A stretch of 64,000 nucleotides of DNA from an uncultured Oscillospiraceae bacterium (GTDB lineage: Bacteria; Bacillota; Clostridia; Christensenellales; CAG-138), in contig CAZCAV010000004.1 in assembly GCA_964496795.1 (NCBI GenBank), positions 4,660 to 68,659 on the forward strand, read 5' to 3'. A model generated the notes under the pieces. The model was not told where the DNA came from and made no database searches. It saw only the letters and a program-made list of their open reading frames with translations. Positions 1 to 9,553 of the stretch are shown here, one piece after another (positions within the stretch are counted from its first letter, which is position 1; every line of letters starts with the position of its first letter). The translations under genes were made by a program, and so were the position numbers.

Positions 1-1335
1 AAGGAGAACGTAGCTGCGGTCTGCTTCAGCTGCCATGTACCGGTCGTTTTGCCGGTAGACGAGAACGGCAACGTGCTGCATCGCGCTATGTTTTGGGCGG
101 ATAATCGCGGGAAAAAGCAATGTATCCAGCAAAACCGGGATTTTTGCGAATACCTGCGCGATAAGAATCCCATTGGAATCCGAACGTATCATTACATTAC
201 GAAAATGGCCTGGTTCCAGGAAAATTGCCCGGATCTGTACGAAAAAGCGGACTGCTTTCTGCAGTGCAACGGGTACATTAATTTCCGCTTGACGGGTAAG
301 TATTCCATCGATCAGTCGGTGGCGCCGAGTCTTCATTACTACAATATCCATACCTACTCTTGGGATAAGGATATCTGCAGGACGTTGGGCATGGATATAA
401 ACAAGCTGCCGCCGCTGTACGATTGCGATCAGGTCGTCGGCACCATCCTCCCCTCCGTTGCCAGCGAGGTGGGGCTGCTGCCCGACACGCTCGTGATCGC
501 GGGCGCGGCCGACAGCTCCTCCGCGCCGCTCGGCATCGGCTGTCTGGATGACGGAGACGTTTGTATCTCCACGGGAACCGCCTCAAGCATCGTAGCGGTT
601 ACAGACTGTACCAAACGTGCTTTTCAGACCGATCCCCGGCTGATCGCCCTTGGCCACACACTGCCGAAACGGCTGCTGAACATTGCCGTCGTCGGCAATA
701 CCGGCGGATCTCTCAAATGGATGCGCGACGTTCTCTGCAAGGAGGATCGCATCGTAGCGGACGGATTGAAAAGAGACGTGTTTGACCTGATGTGCGAGCA
801 GGCGGCCCTGTCTGCGCCTACGGCGGACGGCCTGTTATATTTTCCCTATACCATGGGCGAGCTCTGTCCTTTCTGGAATCCGGACGCACGCGGCGTGTTT
901 TTCGGGCTGTCCAATACCACGCATAAGCGCGATATGATCCGTTCGGTTATTGAAGGAACGTGCTATTGTCTGAGGCAAAACATCGATATCCTGCGCTCTG
1001 TATGCAGGATAGCTGACGGTCAGGAGATCATGATTACCGGCGGGCCCGCCACAAGCCCCTTTTGGATGCAGACGCTTGCCGATGTGACCAATCTGCCGAT
1101 CACCGTGCTTGAAAATTCGCTTGGCGCGCCATATGGCGACGTTATTCTGGCAGGCGTAGGCGCGGGCATTTACCCCGATCAGTCGTCCGTTGCCAGAGAG
1201 CATGTAAAGCGGCGCTGCACCTATCAGCCGAATACAGCCTCTAAGGCGCAGTATGACAAAGCGTTTGCCGTATACGACGATATGTCGCAGATCATACAGG
1301 AATACTTTGTGCGTCTTGCGGGTGTGCGCGTCTGA
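1..1335 (+). CDS. FGGY-family carbohydrate kinase, 5' end outside the window
   Basis: The frame is open from nt 1 (KENVAAVCFSCHVPVVLPVDENG...) into track ORF 49..1335. It carries C-terminal FGGY signatures ITGGPATSPFWMQTLADV and GAPYGDVILAGVGAG. Confidence 0.85.
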   Translation, partial: KENVAAVCFSCHVPVVLPVDENGNVLHRAMFWADNRGKKQCIQQNRDFCEYLRDKNPIGIRTYHYITKMAWFQENCPDLYEKADCFLQCNGYINFRLTGKYSIDQSVAPSLHYYNIHTYSWDKDICRTLGMDINKLPPLYDCDQVVGTILPSVASEVGLLPDTLVIAGAADSSSAPLGIGCLDDGDVCISTGTASSIVAVTDCTKRAFQTDPRLIALGHTLPKRLLNIAVVGNTGGSLKWMRDVLCKEDRIVADGLKRDVFDLMCEQAALSAPTADGLLYFPYTMGELCPFWNPDARGVFFGLSNTTHKRDMIRSVIEGTCYCLRQNIDILRSVCRIADGQEIMITGGPATSPFWMQTLADVTNLPITVLENSLGAPYGDVILAGVGAGIYPDQSSVAREHVKRRCTYQPNTASKAQYDKAFAVYDDMSQIIQEYFVRLAGVRV

Positions 1336-1398
1336 GTTTGGCCCGCACGGAGCCGGTCGCGCTATTCGAATGATATTGTATGAAAGGAAACAAACAGT

Positions 1399-2481
1399 AT
1401 GAACCGCATTCCTGAGAAAATGAAAGCATTGGTAGCCTATGCGCCGGGCGATTACCGGTTGGAGACCGTGGATACGCCGCGCGCGGCAGGCGACGATCTG
1501 ATCGTAAAGGTCGAGGGCTGTGGCGTTTGCGCCGGCGATGTGAAAGCCTTTCACGGAGCGCCGTCCTTCTGGGGCGGTGACGGCAATCCCCCGTATATCA
1601 AAGCGCCCATGATCCCCGGGCATGAATTCTGCGGCGTGGTCGTCGAGATCGGCCCGGAGCAGAAGGAGTTTCAGGTCGGCGACCGCGTAGTTTCCGAGCA
1701 GATCGTTCCTTGCGGCAAGTGCCGTTTCTGCAAATCGGGCCGCTACTGGATGTGCCAAAAGCATGATCTGTACGGATTCCAGAACAACGTCAACGGCGGC
1801 ATGGCCGAATATATGCGCTTCCCTCACGAGGGCCTTAAGTATAAGATCCCCAAGGAGATGCCGCTTGAGCAGGCGCTCTTGATCGAGCCGTTCAGCTGTT
1901 CCAAGCATTGCGTGGATCGCGCTCAGATAGGAAACGAGGATTTTGTAGTGCTCTCGGGCGCAGGCACACTGGGCCTGGGTATGGTGGGAGCCGTGCGCAA
2001 GCATAACCCCGCGACCTTTATCGTGCTGGATATGAATGAGACGCGGCTTGCCAAGGCGAAGGAATTCGGCGCGGACATCGTCATGAATCCCGCCAAGGAG
2101 GACGTTGTCAAACGCATTCAGGAGATGACGGACGGCTATGGCTGCGATATCTACATTGAGGCGACCGGTCATCCCTCGAGCGTGCGCCAAGGGCTTGAAA
2201 TGATCCGAAAAATGGGCCGTTTTGTGGAATTCTCCGTGTTCGGCGATCTCGTTACGGTGGACTGGTCGATCATCTCCGACCGCAAGGAGCTGGATCTGCT
2301 GGGCGCGCATCTGAGCCCATATTCCTATCCATCCGTCATCAAGTGGATCCAGGACGGCTCCCTGCCGACGGCGGGCGTGGTTTCGCATAAGTTCAGTCTG
2401 GACGACTGGAAAACTGCTTTTGAGTATGCGGCCACCGGCAAGGACAATGCACTCAAGGTCGCCATCATACCGGAGATGTGA
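1399..2481 (+). CDS. Zn-dependent medium-chain (MDR) polyol/alcohol dehydrogenase
   Basis: The 360-aa product has the catalytic-Zn motif GHEFCGVVVEIG, the structural-Zn Cys cluster CGKCRFCKSGRYWMC and the Rossmann motif VLSGAGTLGLG. Confidence 0.85.
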   Translation: MNRIPEKMKALVAYAPGDYRLETVDTPRAAGDDLIVKVEGCGVCAGDVKAFHGAPSFWGGDGNPPYIKAPMIPGHEFCGVVVEIGPEQKEFQVGDRVVSEQIVPCGKCRFCKSGRYWMCQKHDLYGFQNNVNGGMAEYMRFPHEGLKYKIPKEMPLEQALLIEPFSCSKHCVDRAQIGNEDFVVLSGAGTLGLGMVGAVRKHNPATFIVLDMNETRLAKAKEFGADIVMNPAKEDVVKRIQEMTDGYGCDIYIEATGHPSSVRQGLEMIRKMGRFVEFSVFGDLVTVDWSIISDRKELDLLGAHLSPYSYPSVIKWIQDGSLPTAGVVSHKFSLDDWKTAFEYAATGKDNALKVAIIPEM

Positions 2482-2496
2482 CAAGGGGCGACAGCT

Positions 2497-2976
2497 ATGA
2501 AATCTATTGCCATTGGCTGCGATGAAGCTGCCTGTGCATTTCGGGACGCGCTGAAGGCGCATCTTGTTGGGCAAGGCTATCAGGTCGAGGATTACGGCAC
2601 GTTTCATGACGAGCCGGTGCTGTATCCGGATATTGCGTTCCGTGTGGCAAGCGCGGTTGCGGAGGGTCAGCACGAGCGCGGAATATTGATTTGCGGCACC
2701 GGCATCGGCATGGCCATATGCGCCAACAAGGTCCCCGGTATACGGGCGGCCGTCTGTCACGACCCCTTCTCTGCCGAGCGTTCGCGCAAGAGCAATGATG
2801 CGCAGATCCTTTGCATGGGTGCGCGCGTCATTGCCCCCCAGCTTGGCTGTATGCTTTTGGACGTCTGGATGCAGAGCGAGTTTTCCGGCGGCGGTTCGGC
2901 GGCAAAGGTCGCACGTATTTCAGAATACGAACGCGCAAAGCAAATCTCAGAAAATACGGAGGCGATTTCGAAATGA
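2497..2976 (+). CDS. RpiB/LacA/LacB-family sugar-phosphate isomerase
   Basis: The 159-aa product has the family motif ILICGTGIGMAICANKVPGIRAA. It lies 15 nt after the dehydrogenase stop. Confidence 0.9.
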   Translation: MKSIAIGCDEAACAFRDALKAHLVGQGYQVEDYGTFHDEPVLYPDIAFRVASAVAEGQHERGILICGTGIGMAICANKVPGIRAAVCHDPFSAERSRKSNDAQILCMGARVIAPQLGCMLLDVWMQSEFSGGGSAAKVARISEYERAKQISENTEAISK

Positions 2977-3974
2977 AGAGAATCATCAATGTTCCCGACA
3001 TGGTCGTCGAAGATATGCTCAAGGGCTTTCTGAAAGCCAATAAGGAAATCGTCGCGGCGACGGACGATCCCCGTGTTGTGAAACGGCTGAATGCGCCGCA
3101 GAAGGGAAAGGTCGGCGTCGTTACGGGCGGCGGCTCCGGACACAAGCCTGCGTTCGTCGGCTATGTGGGCGACGGCATGTGCGACGCGGTCGCCGTGGGC
3201 GAGGTATTCTCTTCTCCCACGGTGAAGGCATTCTACGACGCTTTTCACGCTGCGGACGGCGGCGCGGGCGTCGCCTGCCTGTACGGCAACTATGCCGGAG
3301 ACAATATGAATGTCAAAATGGCCGTCGAACTGGCAGAGGACGACAATCTGACGGTCAAGACCGTCGTCGCCAACGACGACGCTGCGTCCGCTTCCAGGGA
3401 TGAACGCGGCAAACGCAGGGGCGTCGCCGGCGAGGTATTCATGTGGAAGATTGGCGGAGCTGCCGCAGATCTTGGCTATTCGCTTGACGGCGTGATCGCC
3501 GCCGCCCAGAAGGCCATCGACAACACACGCTCCATCGGCATCGGTCTTACCCCATGCACAATCCCGGCGGTAGGGCATCCAAACTTCGAGATACCCGAAG
3601 GAAAAATGGAACTCGGCATCGGTCATCACGGCGAGCCGGGTACCAATGTATGCGACATGACGTCGGCGGATGAAATGGCGGCCATGATGGTCGAGACCGT
3701 TATACCCGATCTCCCCTTTGAAAAGGACGACGAGGTCGCCGTCATCGTCTCTGGTCTGGGCGCAACACCGGTGATGGAGCTGTACATTCTGTACGACCGC
3801 ATCGAAGAGCTGCTCGGCGAGCGCGGGATCCGCGTATACCGTTCCTTTGTGGGCAACTACTTTACGTCGCTGGAGATGATGGGCGCGACCTTCACCGCTA
3901 TGAAGCTCGACGATGAACTGAAGCGGCTGCTCGATCACGGCTGCCATACGGTCGGTCTGACGGTTATTGAGTGA
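2973..3974 (+). CDS. dhaK: Dihydroxyacetone-kinase family, DhaK-type substrate-binding subunit
   Basis: The track ORF 2811..3974 is trimmed to ATG 2973, giving an ATGA overlap with the upstream stop. The product starts MKRIINVPDMVVEDMLKGF and has the VVTGGGSGHKPAF motif. Confidence 0.85.
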   Translation: MKRIINVPDMVVEDMLKGFLKANKEIVAATDDPRVVKRLNAPQKGKVGVVTGGGSGHKPAFVGYVGDGMCDAVAVGEVFSSPTVKAFYDAFHAADGGAGVACLYGNYAGDNMNVKMAVELAEDDNLTVKTVVANDDAASASRDERGKRRGVAGEVFMWKIGGAAADLGYSLDGVIAAAQKAIDNTRSIGIGLTPCTIPAVGHPNFEIPEGKMELGIGHHGEPGTNVCDMTSADEMAAMMVETVIPDLPFEKDDEVAVIVSGLGATPVMELYILYDRIEELLGERGIRVYRSFVGNYFTSLEMMGATFTAMKLDDELKRLLDHGCHTVGLTVIE

Positions 3975-3987
3975 AGGAGGGTACGGA

Positions 3988-4632
3988 ATGTCATATTTCT
4001 TGAATGCGGACGGCAAGCAGATCGTTGAACGGATCATTGCAAGTATCCAGGAGAATAAAGTATACTTAAGCGACATCGACGGCCTGATCGGCGACGGCGA
4101 TCACGGGATCAACATGAACAAGGGCTTCACGATGTGCGCCGCCGAGATCGAGGGAAAGGATATCAGCTTCAGCGAGGCGCTCAGCACGCTTGGGCGCGTG
4201 CTGATGATGGAGATCGGCGGCTCCATGGGACCGCTGTACGGCAGCTTCTTCCGGAAGATGGGCCGCCGCTGCAAGGATCAGGAGAAAATCGACGCCGCAC
4301 TGTTCGCCGACATGATGAACGACGCCGTGGACGGCGTCGCCGGTATCGGGCATGCAGGGCTGGGTGACAAAACCCTGATGGACGTCCTGATCCCCGCCAA
4401 CGATGCCTGTCGGGCCGCGGCGGCAAGCGGCGCGCCGTTTGACCGCATGCTTCTGGATATGAAGTCAGCCGCAGAAACCGGTTGGGCGTCCACAAAGGAT
4501 ATGGTCGCAAAGGTTGGACGCGCCAGCCGCCTCGGCGAACGGTCGCGCGGCACGCTGGATGCAGGCGCGACCAGCTGTAACCTGATTTTACAGGCCATGG
4601 CGGATGCTATCGTGCCCCTGCTCGCCGAATAA
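3988..4632 (+). CDS. dhaL: Dihydroxyacetone-kinase family, DhaL-type nucleotide-binding subunit
   Basis: ATG 3988 is preceded by AAGGAGG. The product has the LIGDGDHGINMNKGF motif. The track start 3967 is a TTG without an RBS. Confidence 0.85.
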   Translation: MSYFLNADGKQIVERIIASIQENKVYLSDIDGLIGDGDHGINMNKGFTMCAAEIEGKDISFSEALSTLGRVLMMEIGGSMGPLYGSFFRKMGRRCKDQEKIDAALFADMMNDAVDGVAGIGHAGLGDKTLMDVLIPANDACRAAAASGAPFDRMLLDMKSAAETGWASTKDMVAKVGRASRLGERSRGTLDAGATSCNLILQAMADAIVPLLAE

Positions 4633-4674
4633 CGCAGCAGAGCGGCGCCGGCATCAAGAAGAAATAAGGAGGCG

Positions 4675-5331
4675 ATGAGCAAATTGGATAAAATACAGGA
4701 AGTCAAAGCAGCCGTATGCGAAATCGGCAAGAAAATGTATCACAGCGGATTGGTCGCAGGCACATGGGGCAACATCAGCGCCCGCATCGACAGCGACTAT
4801 ATGGTCGTCACGCCCTCGGGAATGAATTATGACAGTCTGAATGCGAACGATATGGTAGTCGTGAACATGAACGATCTCACGCACGAAGGCGTGCGCAAGC
4901 CCTCGGTGGAGGTGCCTATGCACGCGACGCTTCTAAAGGCCTATCCGGCCCTGAACGCCGTGGTGCACACTCACTCCTCGTATGCGCTGACGCTGGCCAC
5001 AGCAGGCAGAAGCATACCGGCTATCTGCGACGATCAGGTGCAGATACTCGGCGGCGATATCCGCGTTGCCCCGCATACGCCGCCGGGCACGCAGGAGATG
5101 GCGGACGCCATATTGAAGGCCATCGACGGACGTATGGGCGCTCTGATCGGGCAGCACGGCGCCGTAACCATGGGCCGAACGCTCAATGAGGCCTTTGTCG
5201 CCGCTCAGGTGTTGGAAAAAACATCCATGGTGTATTTGGGGGCGGAAATGCTCGGCGGCGCCATGATACTGGAGCAAAGCAGCATATCGGGCGAGCGCGA
5301 CTTTTTCCTGCATAAGTACGGGCAGGGCTGA
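4675..5331 (+). CDS. Class II aldolase/adducin-fold protein (aldolase, epimerase or isomerase)
   Basis: The 218-aa product has the motifs GTWGNISARID and VVHTHSSYA (His metal ligands). Confidence 0.85.
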   Translation: MSKLDKIQEVKAAVCEIGKKMYHSGLVAGTWGNISARIDSDYMVVTPSGMNYDSLNANDMVVVNMNDLTHEGVRKPSVEVPMHATLLKAYPALNAVVHTHSSYALTLATAGRSIPAICDDQVQILGGDIRVAPHTPPGTQEMADAILKAIDGRMGALIGQHGAVTMGRTLNEAFVAAQVLEKTSMVYLGAEMLGGAMILEQSSISGERDFFLHKYGQG

Positions 5332-5453
5332 TCGGGCTGTCTGTTCTAAGCAGGATATTGTTATTCGATCACAGAATATATACAGTAAGCCAGTAAGCGC
5401 GCAGCGGCCTGAACGCCCTGCGCGCACGAACATAAGAGGTTATAATACAGGGC

Positions 5454-6263
5454 ATGACAAACTTTTTAGTGGATTATCATCTTCATTCCCAGTTTTCTCA
5501 CGACAGCACCAATGACGCGGGAACGGTTGCCAAGCGCGCTGTCGAGCTGGGAATTTCCGAGATCTGTTTTACAGACCATGTTGAATTTGACGAATGCTAC
5601 GACCCTGAGCATCTGATTCATATGCCGGAATACTGCCAGGCGGTGCGCAGCGTCGCAGATGAATTTCAGGGCCGGCTGACCGTGCGGCTCGGAGCGGAAA
5701 TAGGCCTGCATCTTCCGGCAACCTTCGAAAAATCCATGTCGCATATCCAAGGCTGCGGGATAGATTATATCATCGGCTCCATCCACTACACAGACTGCGG
5801 CTTTGCCTATATCCCCTCCTACTTTGAGGAGCCGAAGGAAATCGTCTACACCAGATATCTCGAGCAGGCCGTATCGCGCTGCTGCAGCGCGGACTCCTAC
5901 CATGTGCTGGGCCACTTCGACTATGTAACCAAAAATGCGCCTTATACGGAGCGCTCGCTGCATTACAGCCAGAACGCAGAGGCGTTCGACGCCATCCTCT
6001 CGCATCTGGTGAAGCATGGAATAGGCATCGAGTTGAATACCGCCGTGTACCGCACCAGGGAAGAAGCCATGTGGGGATTGGACGTCTATAAACGCTATGC
6101 GGAAATGGGGGGCCAATTCGCCACGGTCGGCTCAGACGCGCATCGCCTCGACCGCGTCGGATTCCGTATCGGCGACGCCATTGAATACCTGCGCGCCTCC
6201 GGTATCCCGTATCTGGCGACCTTCCGCGCAGGCACGCCGATTTTGCACCCGCTGGGCCGCTAG
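5454..6263 (+). CDS. PHP-domain phosphatase (HisJ/histidinol-phosphatase family)
   Basis: The N-terminus has the metal-binding motif VDYHLHSQFSHDS. The 269-aa size is typical of the family. Confidence 0.8.
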   Translation: MTNFLVDYHLHSQFSHDSTNDAGTVAKRAVELGISEICFTDHVEFDECYDPEHLIHMPEYCQAVRSVADEFQGRLTVRLGAEIGLHLPATFEKSMSHIQGCGIDYIIGSIHYTDCGFAYIPSYFEEPKEIVYTRYLEQAVSRCCSADSYHVLGHFDYVTKNAPYTERSLHYSQNAEAFDAILSHLVKHGIGIELNTAVYRTREEAMWGLDVYKRYAEMGGQFATVGSDAHRLDRVGFRIGDAIEYLRASGIPYLATFRAGTPILHPLGR

Positions 6264-6318
6264 ACACACAAGCGCCGCAAACGGCGCGTCAAAATAAATG
6301 AAATGGAGAAAACGGAGC

Positions 6319-7380
6319 ATGAAAACATTCTTTGACGAATATAAGGAGAGTCTGGAGGCCTATACGGAAATGTCGCGGGCCATCGGCGCCCGCAACGACT
6401 ATGTGCAGGGCGGCGGCGGCAACACCTCCGCCAAGCTCAACGCCCGCCTGATGGCGATCAAGGCCTCCGGCTACTGCCTCTCGGACATATCGCCCGACGC
6501 TGCATACGCGGTGCTGGATTACGCCGCGCTGCGGGCTTTCTACCGCGATAACACGCCGGACGGCTTTGAAAACGTGGAGGCGGCGGGAGCGGAAAGAACG
6601 AAGGCTGCCATTCAGTCCGTGGAGGGTATGCCGTCGCTTCGGCCATCGGTGGAGGCCGGCTTTCACGCCATTCTCGATCGCTTTGTCATTCACAGCCACA
6701 GCGTCTATGCTAATCTGTGCACCTGCTCCAGAGAGATGCAGCAGATCGCCGCGCAGGCGTTCTCGGACGCGGACTACGCCTACGGCACGGTGCCGTATAC
6801 CGATCCCGGCTCCAAGCTGGCGTTCATCATTCAGGGAGAGCTGGAGCGCGTTTTGAAGGCGGAGGGCAAGCGGCCAAGCGTCATACTCATGCAGAATCAC
6901 GGGATCATCGTGCATGGTGAAGACGCCGGTGAGTGCGTGCGTCTTCACGCGGATGCCAATAAGCGTCTGGCCGGCGTCTTTGGCCTGCGCGGCGACGATT
7001 TCCCGCAGCCGGCCGTCAGCGAGCAGGCGGACGGCGTTTTTGCCTCCGCCACGCCGTATTTGCAGGCGCATCTAAAGGGCGGCGCGTATCCGGATGAAGC
7101 GCTTATAAGCGCGCCGCTGTATCCGGATCAGCTGGTGTTTCTGGGTGATGCGCTGGGAAACACCGCCTGCATATGCCGCGGGAACGGTACCGTGCAATAC
7201 CGCATGAGCCGCAGTCACGCGCAGGTGATCGAGGAAACGCTGACGGCCATCGTGTTCATCACGGAGACCATCCGCCAAAACGGATATACGCTGTCGGTTC
7301 TTGGAGAGAACGAAAAATCGGTCATTGCCAACTGGGAGAGTGAAAAATACCGCAAGCAGCTCGCCAAGGATCGGGCATAG
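6319..7380 (+). CDS. Large class II aldolase-fold protein (rhamnulose-1-phosphate-aldolase N-domain-like)
   Basis: The product has the motifs VQGGGGNTSAKL and VIHSHSVYAN. I prefer start 6319 (GGAG 10 nt upstream); ATG 6298 is an alternative. Confidence 0.7.
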   Translation: MKTFFDEYKESLEAYTEMSRAIGARNDYVQGGGGNTSAKLNARLMAIKASGYCLSDISPDAAYAVLDYAALRAFYRDNTPDGFENVEAAGAERTKAAIQSVEGMPSLRPSVEAGFHAILDRFVIHSHSVYANLCTCSREMQQIAAQAFSDADYAYGTVPYTDPGSKLAFIIQGELERVLKAEGKRPSVILMQNHGIIVHGEDAGECVRLHADANKRLAGVFGLRGDDFPQPAVSEQADGVFASATPYLQAHLKGGAYPDEALISAPLYPDQLVFLGDALGNTACICRGNGTVQYRMSRSHAQVIEETLTAIVFITETIRQNGYTLSVLGENEKSVIANWESEKYRKQLAKDRA

Positions 7381-7409
7381 TCGCAAACGACCCTCCCGCA
7401 GCTGCTCCT

Positions 7410-7446
7410 CAGTCCGCCAAAAAGCTTTTTGACGGACTGATTTTTG
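7410..7446 (+). terminator. Rho-independent terminator between convergent operons
   Basis: The arms cagtccgccaaaaag and ctttttgacggactg form a hairpin with one mismatch. The hairpin is followed by a-ttttt-gcg-tttt. Confidence 0.7.
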
Positions 7447-7511
7447 CGTTTTGCTCCTGCTTGGATCTTTCTATGCCCCGGGCTTGGCTGCGGGGCCGGC
7501 CCCGGTCGGAC

Positions 7512-8597
7512 TCAGATATGGGAGACGACGATCGGGTTTTCCTTATCGTAGGGAAAGGGCACGCTTGCACCCGCTCTGGCGGAAGCAAAGCAGGCCTCCA
7601 GCACGGCCAGCACGCGGCGCACCTGCGGCGGCTGTACGATAAACGCGGCCCGTCCGTTGATAACGTCAATATAGTTCTTATAGAAGTCCGTCCAGTCCGT
7701 CTGCACCTGCGGCAGATCGGAGATCAGTATCTTCCCCGGCGGCACCCGCAAAAACGACCGCGTCGGGCCGGCAGGGTTCTCCTCGATGCGCGGAGGGAGC
7801 TTGGTAACGAGCTCGCTGGTGGTATATACGTTCCCTGTGCAGGCGAAATCCTCAATGATCGCCGTGCCTTTATCGCCGCAGATCAGCCAACGCGGCGCCG
7901 GCTTGAGCACAAAGGTCGACTGCGACAGACAGGCGGATTCCCCGTCCTCGAATTTCAGTATGATCCGGAAAAAATCCTCCACAAGCGGATTGTGTACGCT
8001 TTTGGCGTCCGTATAAACGGAATGCAGGGGCTTGGGGATCAGCGTCAGTATCTGATCGACCAGATGCACGCCCCAGTCATAGATCATGCCGCCGCCGAAC
8101 TGCGGGAACTGATGCCAGTTATGCACCTTCCCGTTGGGTGAATGCAGCGTGGATTCGATATTGAACACCGTGCCAAGCGTGCCCTCGTTATACAGGCGGC
8201 GCACGATGTTGAAGTCCCGATCCCAACGCCGGTTCTGATGCACCGTAAACAGCACGCCGCATTTTTGCGCCTCCGCGGTCATCTCGTCAAAATCCGTCAC
8301 GGTCAGCGCGGCCGGTTTCTCGCAGAGCACGTTCTTGCCCGCTCGCGCAGCCTTGATCGCATACTCTTTGTGCAGATGGTTCGGCACTGTCAGAAGCACC
8401 GTGTTGACCCTTGGATCGGCAAACAGCGCTTCCTCTGACGCGTATACGGGTATCTCTAGGCTGTCGTAATAGGCGTTCGGGTTCACATCGTAGGAGCCTA
8501 TGAGGTTCACGCCGCTGACCTTGACCGCATTATGCGCATGCCAGTAGCCCATGCCGCCAAAGCCAAGTATAGCGAGATTCATTTCCTGTTCTTTCAT
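7512..8597 (-). CDS. Gfo/Idh/MocA-family NAD(P)-dependent oxidoreductase
   Basis: The product has the Rossmann start LAILGFGGMGYWH and the VLCEKPAA motif. The RBS AAGGTGA lies 5 nt upstream. This is the last gene of the long minus-strand operon. Confidence 0.85.
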   Translation of the reverse strand: MKEQEMNLAILGFGGMGYWHAHNAVKVSGVNLIGSYDVNPNAYYDSLEIPVYASEEALFADPRVNTVLLTVPNHLHKEYAIKAARAGKNVLCEKPAALTVTDFDEMTAEAQKCGVLFTVHQNRRWDRDFNIVRRLYNEGTLGTVFNIESTLHSPNGKVHNWHQFPQFGGGMIYDWGVHLVDQILTLIPKPLHSVYTDAKSVHNPLVEDFFRIILKFEDGESACLSQSTFVLKPAPRWLICGDKGTAIIEDFACTGNVYTTSELVTKLPPRIEENPAGPTRSFLRVPPGKILISDLPQVQTDWTDFYKNYIDVINGRAAFIVQPPQVRRVLAVLEACFASARAGASVPFPYDKENPIVVSHI

Positions 8598-8608
8598 ATC
8601 TTCACCTT

Positions 8609-9550
8609 CTATTTTCGTAACGGTTTTCTGCGCGGATGCTGCGGATGCGCCGCATAATACGGCGTTGTCACGCCCACCTCGTCCTCGGGGATCAGGCGGC
8701 GGAACGTACCGTCCGCCTCCGCCCTGCTAAGCGTCCGGCTAAACAGGGGCATATCATGGGAAACGCCGACGGGCGCCGCTTCCTCATACGGAACAGCGGG
8801 ATGGATGGCGCCGCTCGGGCAGATCAGCTCGCAATAGGTGCAGCCATGGCGGTCGTCGCAGGCGTCGCCGCAGGAGCCAAAGCGTCCTGCGGCCAAATCT
8901 ATATACTGCATGGGACAATTGTCCATGCAGATACGGCATTTGGGATACCGGCATTTCGAGGCGTCCCGCAGCAGCCGTCCATGTACGTTATGAAATCCGC
9001 CAAGATGCTCTATGGCTGCATTGGCATGCAGCGGCTGCATGTGCGGCGCAGGCGCTTCGGGAAGGCTCCTGTCCGCGCCGCTTAAAAACCGGAGCGCCTT
9101 TTCGCCCACCGACCGTCCAAAATCCTGCGCCTCGGATATATCCGACGCGTCAGGATGGCCCGCCGTATAATACGGAAACGGAAAAATCTGAATACAGCAG
9201 TCTCCATACCAGCTTTTCCAGTCCAGCACGGAAAAACCTTTTTTCTGCAAGCGCGGAATGACAAGCGGAAAATACAGATCGGGCAGCGTTCCGTGCGTGC
9301 AGAACGAAAAGCAGGGCTTTCCCGCCTGCTCCGGCAGCGCTTCAATAAACAGCCGCACGTTCGGCGGCATTTCATACCAGACCGGCGAACCAATGCCGAT
9401 AAGATCCGCGCTCTCCAGCATCGCCGCCGTCGTATCGGAAAGAAAAGAGAGACGGACTTCCCATCCGGCGCTCTCGAGACCGCTAAAAACAGCGCGCGCA
9501 ATCGACTGCGTATTGCCGGTCTGCGAGTAATATACGATGCAGGCCTTCAT
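8609..9550 (-). CDS. Flavodoxin-like domain fused to a 2x[4Fe-4S] ferredoxin domain (EFR1-type)
   Basis: The product starts MKACIVYYSQTGNT. Its C-terminal part has the Cys clusters CRICMDNCP and CTYCELICP. Confidence 0.75.
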   Translation of the reverse strand: MKACIVYYSQTGNTQSIARAVFSGLESAGWEVRLSFLSDTTAAMLESADLIGIGSPVWYEMPPNVRLFIEALPEQAGKPCFSFCTHGTLPDLYFPLVIPRLQKKGFSVLDWKSWYGDCCIQIFPFPYYTAGHPDASDISEAQDFGRSVGEKALRFLSGADRSLPEAPAPHMQPLHANAAIEHLGGFHNVHGRLLRDASKCRYPKCRICMDNCPMQYIDLAAGRFGSCGDACDDRHGCTYCELICPSGAIHPAVPYEEAAPVGVSHDMPLFSRTLSRAEADGTFRRLIPEDEVGVTTPYYAAHPQHPRRKPLRK

Positions 9551-9553
9551 ATC

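Noticed and set aside
835-2760. A 641-aa minus-strand ORF, the longest in this part of the window.
   Set aside because: It is antisense to three well-supported plus-strand genes and crosses their intergenic gaps. Its product is Arg/Ala/Gly/His-rich with no recognisable motif. This is a typical stop-free antisense frame in GC-rich coding DNA.
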